A stretch of 64,000 bases of DNA, taken from Podarcis melisellensis. Its lineage: Eukaryota. The stretch lies in assembly GCA_964234715.1 (NCBI GenBank), contig OZ174281.1; one strand, written 5' to 3'. Positions 37,601 to 49,160 of this stretch are shown piece after piece. The stretch's first letter is position 1. Each line of letters begins with the position of its first letter. A model generated the notes under the pieces. That model saw only the letters and a list, made by a program, of their open reading frames with translations, had not been told where the DNA came from and searched no databases. The position numbers and the translations under genes are program-made.

Positions 37601-38451
37601 GGCTTCATATTTTCACATAAGAGCATCAAAACATATTCCAAAGAATTAAGAAGTTACCTTTTCTTGGATCACTCCTGTTGATAGGATGATCTCTCAGCAT
37701 CTTTCTCTCTGAATCTCTCTCTGAGGTCTTCATTCAGCAAGCAGAGATGTATGTTTCTTTTACTGCTGGCAGTGCTTCTAATCTAAATTCAACCTAAGTG
37801 TCTGGAGACACAACCAAAGCAGCAGAACCCTGCATTCCATTCTCGCTGTGGCTTGGTATGTTGAGCACTGGAATCGTTCTGAGACAAGGATGCCCCCATT
37901 TTGAGATATTCTAATAGTCAGAGGCTCTTGGGCAATGAAGGGAGGCAGTGCCAGCTTTCTCAGAAGCCAGTAGCAAGCCTTGGCCTGTGTCCCCTTTGGG
38001 TGCTCCCAGGCTGGTGCTTCCTGTGGGATCAGGGTTCCTCATGCACAAATCTTTCTTTCATCGGTTTTTATTTTGCAGAGTCCACATGACATTGCTGGCA
38101 TCAGAATGCCAGCCTACATCACCCCCTCCCCCTAAATCTGGGCTGGGCGGCCCAAGACATTTTGGCACCTGAGGCAAATCACCAGGGAAGAAGGACTGAG
38201 CCAAGATCTACACCAAAGGCCATTGCAGGGGCACACATTCTGCGTCAGGCTCAGTGGAAGCAGCGCCCAGGAGGCAGCCCCCACCATTTCCTCCCTGGGA
38301 GTGGGAGGAGGCCAGTAGCATCTCCAACCACTGAGAGCCTGCTGTGGAGGCAGCAGGGGGGGGCAGTCTCCAAGGAGCACATCAGGGCTTCATGGTGGGC
38401 CTGGTCTAGGTATACTCTTTCCAGGGGAATTCCCATAAACATTTTTTTTTA

Positions 38452-38493
<42 letters not shown>
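38452..38493. repeat. (AAGT)n microsatellite
   Basis: About 10 perfect units at the edge of the NRG2 CpG island. Confidence 0.95.
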
Positions 38494-38494
<1 letters not shown>

Positions 38495-38499
38495 ACCTG

Positions 38500-40320
38500 T
38501 TGCCAACCTCCCTTCGCGACAGGTTCAAGGCTGGTCCTCGAACTCCCAAAGTATCCCGCTGGGTTCTCATTCTCTGGTCGATCAGCCACCGAAGCCCAAG
38601 AGAATCTTCGCTTGCCCGCAACAGATGCAGACACGCGGGATCCTTTCTCGCGCGCTTGGAAGGAAAAGCCCCGCGCTGCACATCTCGCCCCGCCAGCGGC
38701 TGCCGGCGCCCCCTCCCGAGGCCTTTGCGGGGCTGCCGAGCCGCGGAAGAGGCGCCCGCCGCGGAGAGACGGCCAGGGCTGGCCCGCCCCCCGGGGGGCT
38801 CCCGCGCCGCCGGAGCAGCGACGTCCGCCGACCCCGGCGCGGCTCCGCCTGCCGGGCGGGCTTTTCTACCTGGCGGGGAGGTGGCCGTCGAGGGGGCGCC
38901 CGCGGAATCCCCGCGGAGGGAGGCGCGCGGGGGGGGGGCTGGTGGGGGCGGAGATGGGGTAGGCGCGCCCTCCGCCGCCCCGGTGCCCGGCTCTCGCTCC
39001 CCTGCCCCGCCGCCCTCCTCCTCCTCCTCCTCCGGCGCGGGAGCCCCGAGGGCAGGGGCGGGATCCGCGGCCCCTCCGCCGCTCCTGGCCGGTCCCCCCC
39101 CAGCTTACGCCGCTTCCGGTTCTGGCGCTGGAGCCGCGGCGGCGGCGGCGGCGGCGTCCCCCCATGGCCTGGCCAGATGCGGCAGGTCTGCTGCTGCTGC
39201 CTCGCGGTGCGGCGCCTGGGCGGCGACGGACGGCTCAGTGCGGCAGCAGCGGCGGCGGGCGCAGGAGCAGCTGGGCGCGGCGCGGCGGCGGCGGCGGCGG
39301 CGGAGGAGCGGCCTGGTGCGCGGGCGGCTCCGGGGCTGCCTCGGCATGCGGCGGGCTGCGACGGCGGCGCCCGGCTTGTGCGTGCTGCTCTTCGGCGTGT
39401 CGCTGGCCTGCTACTCGCCCAGCCTGCGCTCGGTGCAGGACCAGGCGTACTCGGCGGCCGTGGTGCTGGAGGGCAAGGTGCAGGCGCTGCCCGCCGCCGC
39501 CGCCCCGACGGGCAACGGGAGCCGGGCCGAGGAGGGCGCCGACGGCCCCCCGCCGCCCCCGCCGGGCATCCTGGTGAAGGTGCTGGACCTGTGGCCCCTC
39601 AACAGCGGCGGCCTGCAGCGCGAGCAGCTCATCCGCGTGGGCTCCGCGCCCGCGCCCTGCTCCAAAGTCAAGCGCAACCACCGCTACATCTTCTTCCTGG
39701 AGCCCACCGAGCAGCCGCTCGTCTTCAAGACCTCCTTCGCCCCGCTCGACACCAGCGGCAAGAACCTCAAGAAGGACGTGGGCCGCATCCTGTGCGCCGA
39801 CTGCGGTGAGCCTCGAGGGGGGCGTGTGGCCCAGGGAGGGGGCGGCAGGTGCCCGACGGCCCTGCGCAAGGCCGGCTATTCCGGCGGCGCTCCTCTGCAG
39901 TGCTGCATTGGCGAGCGGGGCGCAGCCGGGGAGGGCGCCCGGGCGCCTGTCGGGGCCTCGGCCTCCTGGACGGGCGCCCTGAACCCCGCAGCCGTCCTTG
40001 AGGGGGCGGGTCGGGTGGAGAAGGAGGCCGGGGGCGCTGCTGCCCGCCTTGCCCCGGGCGCCCCTCTTGGCGCAGGCTGCGCTCCGTTGTGTAAGGCATC
40101 GCCAGCAGCAACTTTCTTATGTAAACAACGCCCCCCCCTCTGCTCCCCCATCCCTGGGTGTTAAATGGCTCCATTTGTTGCTTTGAGCCGCTTCGCGTTT
40201 CTCCAGAGAAAACAGCTGGCCTGGGGCAGCCCGTGGCCGCGTCTTTTGCGGGGAAATCCTTTCTGCCGTCTTTCTTTCTGAGCGGAAAAGGGCGCTTCTT
40301 GGGGCGCGTGCTTCTGCTGC
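38500..40320. promoter_or_regulatory. NRG2 promoter CpG island
   Basis: Very high GC and CpG content with GCG repeats surrounding exon 1. Confidence 0.85.
39346..39805 (+). CDS. NRG2: Neuregulin 2, first coding exon (signal peptide + N-terminal domain; phase-1 donor G|GTGAG)
   Basis: MRRAATAAPGLCVLLFGVSLACYSPSLRSVQDQAY...VVLEGKVQ...LVKVLDLWPLNSGGLQREQLI...RNHRYIFFLEPTEQPLVFKTSFAPLDTSGKNLKKDVGRILCADC matches the NRG2 N-terminus. Donor GTGAG at 39806. Divergent arrangement relative to PURA matches mammalian synteny. Confidence 0.95.
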
Positions 40321-43300
40321 AGATGCTGGTTTGCCGCTCTGGAGTTTGTGTGGCCCCGGGTTTTGCAGATTTTATGGTGCATTTCACAGGAAAGTTTGGA
40401 TTTTGTCAGGAGCCACGTTTCTTTTGCTTGTGAGGCTGGCAGGGCAGATGCTGGCTCCTCTCACTGAAGAGCGAAGAGGTCTCTCTGCTGGGTGCAGGCG
40501 ATTAAGGGGATACAACTAAGGTGTTGTCGCACCCCACCCCCTTAGGGTCAAGGAAGCGCCTGAGTTAGGGCCACAACAGATGCTTAGATCTAGCCTGATG
40601 AGGTTTTTTTTAAGCAACCAGGCATTGTGGACTTCCAAATTTGGTTAGATAGAACATCAGCACCGGTGGAGTGAGGCTTTAACCCCTTTCACTCCTTGCT
40701 TTTCCTTCTCCAACTCTGAAATGATGTCCTCTGATGCAATGCATGCCTGTGGCAGACAGAAACATTTTCTAATGCAGATAATTTATAAACTGCAGAACAT
40801 TAGAACATTCTTCCCAAGTAAAAGCCCTCTGTGCTTCCCATAGCCTCCTTTTGAGCCTAATTATTTTTTTGTGCTTCCCTTTAGGGGTTTTTCTTTTTTT
40901 TAAGATAAAAAGTGTATATTTAAAATGATCATCTGGAAAATGAAGCAGTGGTTCATATTTGTATTTTTGGGTGGCCTGTTTTACTGTGTGGTTCCAGGAA
41001 TGATTGTGGTGTGAGCTGACTGGCCGTAGGTTGGCAGATTTTTCTGAACTATCTAACCCCAGAAGCTCAAGGCAGTTGAAATAACAGAAACTCCTAAGTA
41101 ATGGATTGTACAACTTGGTTGCACATGTGTTGACCTGGAAGCAAGGGACTGTAGCTTAAAAGGGAACTGACATATTCTAAAGCTGTAAGTCTATGCATGC
41201 TTAGTTGAGACGGTAAGCTCTACTGAACAAAGTGCGTCTTACTTCCACGTAAACATGTGTTGGCTAGTTTGGATTGGATGGCTGATTTAGCTTCATTCTC
41301 TTTTAATCTAAGGAAGCCATGATGAAATGAACAGGTTTTTAACCAAGTAATAGAGAATTTCTGGTTCTCCTCTTCAAACTTGTCCAGTTCAAGCCACAAT
41401 ATAGCTTTTGGTGGCTTAGGTGCCATTTATTTATATACAGTACAGTACTGTAAAAAAATGTAGATACCTCTTGATTTAGTAGAACCTCAAAGTGACTTTG
41501 ATAAAAGTGCTAATAGGGTTGTTTCCACTCAGCTTTAGGACTGTCTTTCCTGGGAAGAGGCCTTCCTGCACAGACATTCACTGTATATGTCAGGTGAAAA
41601 TGGCTTCATGCCGGCCAGTCCTGGGGTGCTCTCTGCCCCAGCTGCTCCCATTCACTTCTCTTTCTGCCTTGGGATTTTGGGAGGGGGACAAGGAAGTCTT
41701 GGGTTTTTGAGTTGGTTTTATTGATGTTTCATTGTGATCTTCTTATGCAAATACTTTGCTTAGAAAGTGTATAATAGTTTGAAGGGCACAATCAAATCAA
41801 AATTAATCAGTGTCAAACATTATTCCATTAAAGCAACGGGCTGGACTGTTTACGATTATTGCTGCTTCCTGATATTTAACTATGACTTTTCAGTACTTAT
41901 ATTGTTCAAAGTGATTAACACCCACAGTCTCCATAATTTCTCTCCCCTGAACATCTTTGCTATTATGAAATTTCAACATACACTCTCATGAATAATACAG
42001 AATTCCCCGGGGACAATCTTTATAACATAAAGAATGTATGAGCAAGCTGTTCTAATTGACAGCACATGGGCATTCATTGGGTTAATTGGATCATTTATTC
42101 ATTAAGAGCTTTGTAGCATGCCAGTCATACAGATGTATGTAATAAAAGTTCTCCTCACCCTTTTTTACCTATATACTTCCAGAGTTAGTACTTTGCCATA
42201 CAAGAGAACTGATAATAGCAATTAAGATGGTTCTTCACTTAATAATGATTTTTAAAAGTTCCTTTGGAGTTTCAGTTGCCAGCAAGGAATGAAGGTGAAT
42301 ATTAATACTCTGAAGCTGATGAATTGTCCATTAGAGACAGAAGTCATATATGTGAATGTTTCGGTTCCCAGATATAAGTTTTGGCTCTGGATATCTGATT
42401 GATTAATTTTGTTCTCTGTGATAGAGAAGGAATGTTGAAGACCAACATTTCCCATCGGGATCTGTGGCAAGCTTTTATAACTGGAAACGGTTGAACTACA
42501 GCAGGTACCCTGAGAATAAGTCATCACTCCTCTTTTTCCATGCTTCTGATTAGCTGAAAGTTTGGCATATCCATCCGCTTATTCACAAAAATGCAGCAGA
42601 TAAAATTAAGAAAGCCAGTGATAGATTAATGTAAGAGGACTAAAAATTGGGGGACACACCACCAACTAACACATTTTTTCCTCTTATATTAGGAAAGGGC
42701 TCATCCTATGCATTTTTAATCTGAGAAATCACAAGTTAATTCTGCGAAAACGGCTCAGTGTAAAAGGAAGTTTATATTTGCACTTTAACGGTTTGAAGGA
42801 ATGCCTTCTAGCTAAAACACTCTGTGGGGTTATCAGGAGCACTTTCTCAGCACAGCCATGGTGCAGATTGCAACATCCCCTCCCTTTTATCTCGCACTTC
42901 ATTATAAGGTGAATTGCTGTAACGGGCGTCTTCTCTACCCTTGAACCAGTGGAGTGATGTTCACAGATGCCTATAATTCTGTCCTGCTCAGGACTAGACC
43001 TCCTCAGAAGTCATGGGATGTAGGATTCATTGCTCATTTGAACATTGTTCTGGATCCCACAATCCTCTTGTGCCAGGACGAAGACATGTTCTCCTATTAT
43101 ATTAAATGATGCCATTATAAAATAATTGGTGCATTTGGATGTTTTGAATGCCCACAGCTTTGCTTATAGTGTTAACCTATTTACTGTGCTGTCAACGTTT
43201 ATGATCTCCTTTCTTGGCTGGGGCCTGAGGCTGCACAGGTAACACTCAATGTGGGGTGGGAGAGCAGGACCATGGCCAGCTCACTATGGAATGGGGTAGG

Positions 43301-45224
43301 GCCAGCCAGGCTGGCTGCAAGCAGAGCAGGACCATGGTCAGCTCAGTGTGGAGCTCAGAGTCATGGCACTCAAGAGCTAGTGTTCCTCAAGCAATCATCT
43401 GGAGTCAGTGGAGAGCCTTCCTCAGTCTCTACTCTCCAGATGTTTTCTGCCCATGGTCAGAGATGATGGGAGTGGTAGCTAAAACATGTGGAGAACACCT
43501 GGTTGGGAGAAGACTGTTTCAAGTAGTTTTGCTGTCAGATTGGTGTTTGAAGCTCCCCTTCCCCACACTGGGGGAATTGTTGGTGCTTAAAATAGATGTT
43601 CCTCAGGTGCTACCTTTTACAGACCTGGGCAGGTCACTGCCCCTGAAGGTAGTGTGATAGGGAGCTGCCCCTGGGAAAGAGTTGGAGGAGAAAGGTATGG
43701 ACTGCCTGCTATGGCTACACAGGTGAAGACATTGCTGGCTTCTGGGATTTTTTCTCTCCTGGGAGTGCTAGGAGGCTTAGGGTCTTCTAGGGAACTTACC
43801 AGGACTGGTTTCTGCACTCAGTCTCCCCCTCAGAACTTCCCTCTGTTCCAACTCCTGGGCCAGATCATCATGAACTCTGCTATGTGCAGCCTTTGTGTCC
43901 AAAGTGTTGAGTAGTTCTCAAGCAAACTCACAAGAATCTTTATTGCCTGGGATTTTTCTTGTAAAATGTTACAAAGCAATGTTGAGCAGACCCCAGGGGA
44001 GATCTTGTATTCCTAGAGAGAATTGGGGGCGGGTAGTATAGTTTTGATCCAGGGCTAAGTCACCTTTTATGGTCTGGCTTCTTTTCAGGTCCAGACCATT
44101 TCTGCCATTCTGTTTCTTGTCTGTCATGGTGATATGCAGAGGGAAGTCATGTGCATTTGAGGTACATAGAGGTGATGCTATGGGCTTCTGCATTTTGTGC
44201 GCCAGTGATTTTTGTGCGCCAGGTTTGACAAGAGCCCCACGGGAAGGCCTCAGAAGATCTTGCTGGAACCCAGAAGCTGCTGTAGCCACTTCCCCTTACT
44301 TCTCAGGCTGCAATGATGCCCGTGGGTGGCATTGACACATGCCACTTTGCCCCCATGATTGAGGGGGCCGTGCGATGTCAACACGCCATGTGCACACACC
44401 CTGTGGCATGCGCGCATGACATCAGCATGCCCTGCAGCATGCTTGTGTGCATGGCAGGGCATGTTGGCGTATCATGCAGATGTCCTGTGGCTTGTGTGCG
44501 AGATACGCGCATGCCCCACGGCATGTGTGTACAGCCACCACAGAACTTTGTCATGCATGCCTTTGCATGGGTGGGTGGGTGTGCCTGTAGAGTTGCCCCT
44601 TGCTGCCTGCCTCAGTCTGCCTCACGGACAAGCTAGGCCTGCTAGTGCTGCTTTCTCTGCCTGTGTTTGCATTGGTGGAAAAGTGGAGTTTGGGGTGGAT
44701 GATATACTTGCAGATTATTTGTTGGCAGCCAGCTGTGTGCCCTGGTTGCAGGGTCTCTTTTTGCTTGGATTGGTTTTGCTCTTATGGTTTTGTGGCGCCT
44801 CTTCCCTCCTCCCTCACCCACCCAGCAGCCTTTTGATTTAAGATGCTTTTGAAGCAATACAGAGAAACAATATATTGTTATCCATGTATTTTTGAGATTA
44901 TTGCTGCTGCTGGGGCATGTATATGTGGGTGGAGCTGTGAAGGGATGGGGAGGGCTCTGTGAAGCCTTTCACAAAGACACCCATTTTCCAATTTTAATTT
45001 TTGGGTGAAGGAGAAGGAAGTTTGCAAGGAGCTGCCTGAATTCTTTCACATTTTACCTTTTTATTTCCTTTAGTGATGAGGGGGATTGGACATTCAGAAG
45101 CAATCACACACGTGTCTTTAAAACTTTCCTATTTAAGGATCGAGGGATAAAAGAGTTAGAAATATAATGCACCTTTCATTCAAGGCACTGAGGTGCACTA
45201 CAGAACCCCCCCTTTCCCTGTTTC

Positions 45225-45374
45225 AGCCTCATGACAACCTGTGAGGTAGGATGCACCAAGAGAGCATGACTGGCCCAAGGTCACCCAGGGAGCTTCCTGG
45301 CTGAGGGGGGGTGTTTGAAGCTGGGTCCCCACAGTCCGAGTCCAACACTCTAACCACTACACCACACTGGCTCT
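45225..45374 (-). mobile_element. MIR/CORE-like tRNA-derived SINE
   Basis: ACAACCTGTGAGGTAGG..TGACTGGCCCAAGGTCACCCAG..CTCTAACCACTACACCACACTGGCTC, a CORE region plus tRNA head on minus. A fragment also lies at ~58140-58200. Confidence 0.7.
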
Positions 45375-45735
45375 CACAGGTATCCAAAGAAACCCTACAG
45401 ATACTCTCCAACCCCCCTCCCTACCACTCGGGGGGGGGAATTATTTGTGTCCTCTTCAAGCCAGACACCGAGAGCAATGAAAATATTCAGAGAAGTGATG
45501 TGATAAAGTCACCCTGGACAATTTAAAAAAAAAAGAGGGGGGGGGGTTACATGTATACCTTGGGAGTCCCATTGCCTTCTAAGGGAGAGGCAGATCCAAA
45601 ACACACAAGGGATTGTCTTCCTCTTTATTTGTGTTCTGCCAACATTGAAAACATTTATTTTTAAACAAACTGGGCTGCAGGCGAGGTGTGGGACAGCTTG
45701 ATCACCCTGCATTTGGGGGCCAGGATAGGGATTTA

Positions 45736-46282
45736 TTTATTTATTTATTAATATAATATTTTATTAAGTTTTAAAAATAACAACATACAGAAAAAAGAAA
45801 AAACACAAGAAAAACACAAAAAATACACAAAAGATACACAAAAAGAAAAAAGAAAAATCCCTCTTTTTAAATTCTCATCTTTGATTCACCTATTTTCCTG
45901 ACTTCCTCACGCCTCCCTTTTTTGTATCCCTTTTAAAAAATTGTTCAGCAAATTCATATCCAATTAATTTATCTGTTATCAATCCAATCTTATTTTTTTC
46001 CCCTTGTTGCTAGAACCCCTTCAGTTCATTTCAATGTCATCAACGTTCAAAATTTTTTACAATATTTCTGTAAATAAATTTTAAATTTCCTCCAGTCTTC
46101 TTCCACCAACTCTTCTCCCTGATCTCGGAATCTGCCAGTCATTTCCGCCATTTCCATATAATCCATTACTTGCATCTGCCATTCTTCCAGAGTGGGTAGG
46201 TCTTGTGTCTTCCAATGCTTTGCGATGAGTATTCTTGCTGCTGCTGTAGCGTACATAAAGAAAGTTCTATCTTTCTTTGACA
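45736..46282 (-). mobile_element. L1-clade LINE, 5'-truncated 3' end
   Basis: Minus ORF end FFMYATAAARILIAKHWKTQDLPTLEEWQMQV...DWRKFKIYLQKYCKKF*, AT-rich 3' UTR and (AATA)n tail. 15-bp TSD CAGGATAGGGATTTA (45721-45735 / 46283-46297). Confidence 0.85.
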
Positions 46283-46443
46283 CAGGATAGGGATTTAATG
46301 TCGCCCCCAAAGTGACAAGATCCCAGGATTGTTGAACCTGTGGCTTCAGCAGCAACCCTTGGGCTCTCCCTTTAGTTGACAGGAGGAGCCTTGGGAAGCT
46401 GGCAACACGAAACGAGGCCATAAAAGCTGTGGTGGCAGCCAGC

Positions 46444-46632
46444 CAGGGCCGGCCCACCCAAGAGGCAAGCTGAGGGGACCGCTTTGTGGCAGGATCCACA
46501 GGGGCAGTGTTGATCTTTCCTTTTCCTTTGTTCCTGATATTGATATTCATCCCCCCCCTTCCCTGGTGGCGAAGGGTGTGTGTGCCATTTTGTGGTTTGC
46601 CTCAGGTGCCAAAATGTCTTTTGCTGGCCCTG
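46444..46632. mobile_element. hAT-like MITE
   Basis: TIR CAGGGCCGGC / GCTGGCCCTG. The subterminal CCTCAGGTGCCAAAATGTC is shared in reverse with 38145-38180. Confidence 0.55.
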
Positions 46633-48042
46633 CAACCAGCTGTGTTTGCCTCATGGATAGTTTGAAACAGATCAGGAGCTAACATATCAGAATAAATTTA
46701 CAAAAGCCTATATGCCCAGGATACTTCATACTATATGAGAGGGAAAGTTTAGAAAGGTTAAAGTTTTGTAAGAATTGTGAAATGTATTAAATATTAGACC
46801 TTTTAGGAGTTGTGACTAATTCTCTGTAGAAATCTGTAGCCTGATGATGCTACCTGTCCAGTCATGAGCAATCTTTAACAATTCCTCAGTTAATCAATTG
46901 AGCATTACAGTCCTTTACTTCCCTCCACAACAATTACCCAAATACTTTATATTTTTAAATAATGCCTCTAGATCCTGTTTTTACTGGAAACTCCTCCCTG
47001 GATTCATGTTCTCCTGAAAGATTATTGTTCCTACTGGTACCAGAAATACCATGATCTGGGAATATTTATTTGTTGTAGGTTTCCCTCTGGAGAAGCCTGG
47101 GGGGGGGTGGAGGGGGGAGGAGAGGATGAAGCTCTGTCACATCTACTGGTGTGATGTTGGATCTTGCCCAGTATTTCACAGGCACCTCATGCAGCCATCC
47201 TTTAGGCCAGAGGTGGCCTGGCCATTTCTGGCCTGTGCTCCAAATTCCCCCTTGGGCAATGCTCCAGGGGCCTTTTGCCAGCAGAGGGTGTGGCCAGAAC
47301 ATACTTTCCCATGCGCATGGGGCAACATGTGCTGGGCACACAGCCACCCCTCCTCAGAGGATCACTTGAGCAAATGATTGATCAGATGCTTAAGGAGTTT
47401 TTGCATCCCCGTTTGGGTTCTAGTGCAGGAGAAGAGGCAATAACCGTGCCACTTTTTAAATATATATTTACTTTTACCCCACCTTTTTCCCTGACAGGGA
47501 CTCAAGGCGCCTTACAGACAAAAATACCAGCAACTAAAAACATTGGGGAAATAAACAGTCATTTAAAACTATTAATTAAACATTGATTGAATTAAAACTA
47601 TATAAAGTATTAAAAACACAAGGGTAATTACAATAAAAACAGCACAGCACTAGCCCTTTCATTAAAACTTTCTATGTGTGGTTCCAAAGACAAAGGAGAA
47701 ATGCCCAACACGGGTTGGATTTTCCTTTAAAAAATATTTAATTTCTCTGAGTACATACTTACATCAAAAATTAAAAGACAGTTATACAAGCAACTTCTGA
47801 TTCCCAAGCTGACAGGTGAATAACTAGGCCCTTCTTCTGACATGCTCCCTAAGTGTTAAAATTAGATCTGGCCCTTTTATCTTGACCTGCAGATATTTTT
47901 CCTCTTTAGAGCATGTCTAAAGTGTCAGTGATCTTCTTTATATATAATGCTAAACCATAGTTTAGTGTTATGTATATGAGCCCCTAGAGCAGCTGCAAGG
48001 AGGTGGCTGCAAGCATTCATTTCTGTTCTCAACTAGCCACAA

Positions 48043-48254
48043 CAGAGCTTTCCAAACTTTTAAAGTTGGGGACACAGTTTATGGACATGCATCATTCTGC
48101 AACACAATAATTCAATTTTGCATCATTTCGCAACACAGTAATTCAGTTTTACTAGCAAACCAGAGGTTAGGAGAGCAAGGAATGTTATGTGACACACCTG
48201 CACACTGCAGCCAACACACTAACGTGTTGCAACATACAGTTTGGAAAGTTCTGA
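48043..48254. mobile_element. hAT MITE (same family as 33400-33613, reversed)
   Basis: TIR CAGAGCTTTCCAAACT / AGTTTGGAAAGTTCTG. Internal CAGTTTTACTAGCAAACCAGAGGTTA is the reverse complement of the 33.5-kb copy. Confidence 0.75.
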
Positions 48255-48721
48255 GCCACAACATGACATTTTAACTGAACTGGGAAATGTGGTTAGAATA
48301 AACCAGGGCTTTTCCCCCAGCCGGAACTCAGGTGGACGCTATTGCCATTATAAGAGAACAAGGGAGGCGTTCATGGTGAGTTCTGGCACCTCTTTTTCTA
48401 GAAAAATAGCACTAGTTTAAATTGTGTTTTATCTGAACAAACCAGGGTCAGGGACTGTAGTTTGATCTTTGTTCAGATAACCATGGTTTAAATTAACTGC
48501 AGTGACGCTTTGTCCTCATTCAAGCAAAACAACAAACTGCAGGTAGTTGAAGATGGAAGCTGATGCTTCCAATTTTGTGGTTGTGCTGGAAGAGGAGCAG
48601 GGAACACACAAATGGACACCCAGTAGCGCTGCGCTGAGGGACAGCCTTCTCGTAGGGCAGAACAAACGGACTGCCTCAGGCAGCAGATGCTGAGGGCAGT
48701 GGTAGCCATCTCCCAGGCTGT

Positions 48722-49160
48722 TCATAGAATCATAGAGTTGGAAGAGACCACAAGGGCCATCGAGTCCAACCCCCTGCCAAGCAGGAAACGCCATCAGAGC
48801 ACTCCTGACATATGATTGTCAAGCCTCTGCTTAAAGACCTCCAAAGGAGACTCCACCACACTCCTTGGCAGCAAATTCCACTGTCCAACAGCTCTTACTG
48901 TCAGGAAGTTCTTCCTAATGTTTAGGTGGAATCTTCTTTCTTGTAGTTTGGATCCATTGCTCCGTGTCTGCTTCTCTGGAGCAGCAGAAAACAACCTTTC
49001 TCCCTCCTCTATGTGACATCCTTTTATATATTTGAACATGGCTATCATATCACCCCTTAACCTCCTCTTCTCCAGGCTAAACATGCCCAGCTCCCTTAGC
49101 CGTTCCTCATAAGGCATCATTTCCAGGCCTTTGACCATTGGGGTTGCCCTCCTCTGTTCC
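48722..49160 (-). mobile_element. CR1 LINE 3' end
   Basis: [40 protein letters not shown]...TRSNGSKLQERRFHLNIRKNFLTVRAVGQWN, with (ATTCTATG)n tail. Confidence 0.93.

Noticed and set aside
38500-40164. 554-aa ORF as the full NRG2 protein
   Set aside because: TTG start, the upstream part is GC-rich leader, and the part after 39805 reads through the GTGAG donor into intron.
40656-40676. TCAGCACC REST left half-site near NRG2
   Set aside because: The right half (GGACAG) is absent at canonical spacing.
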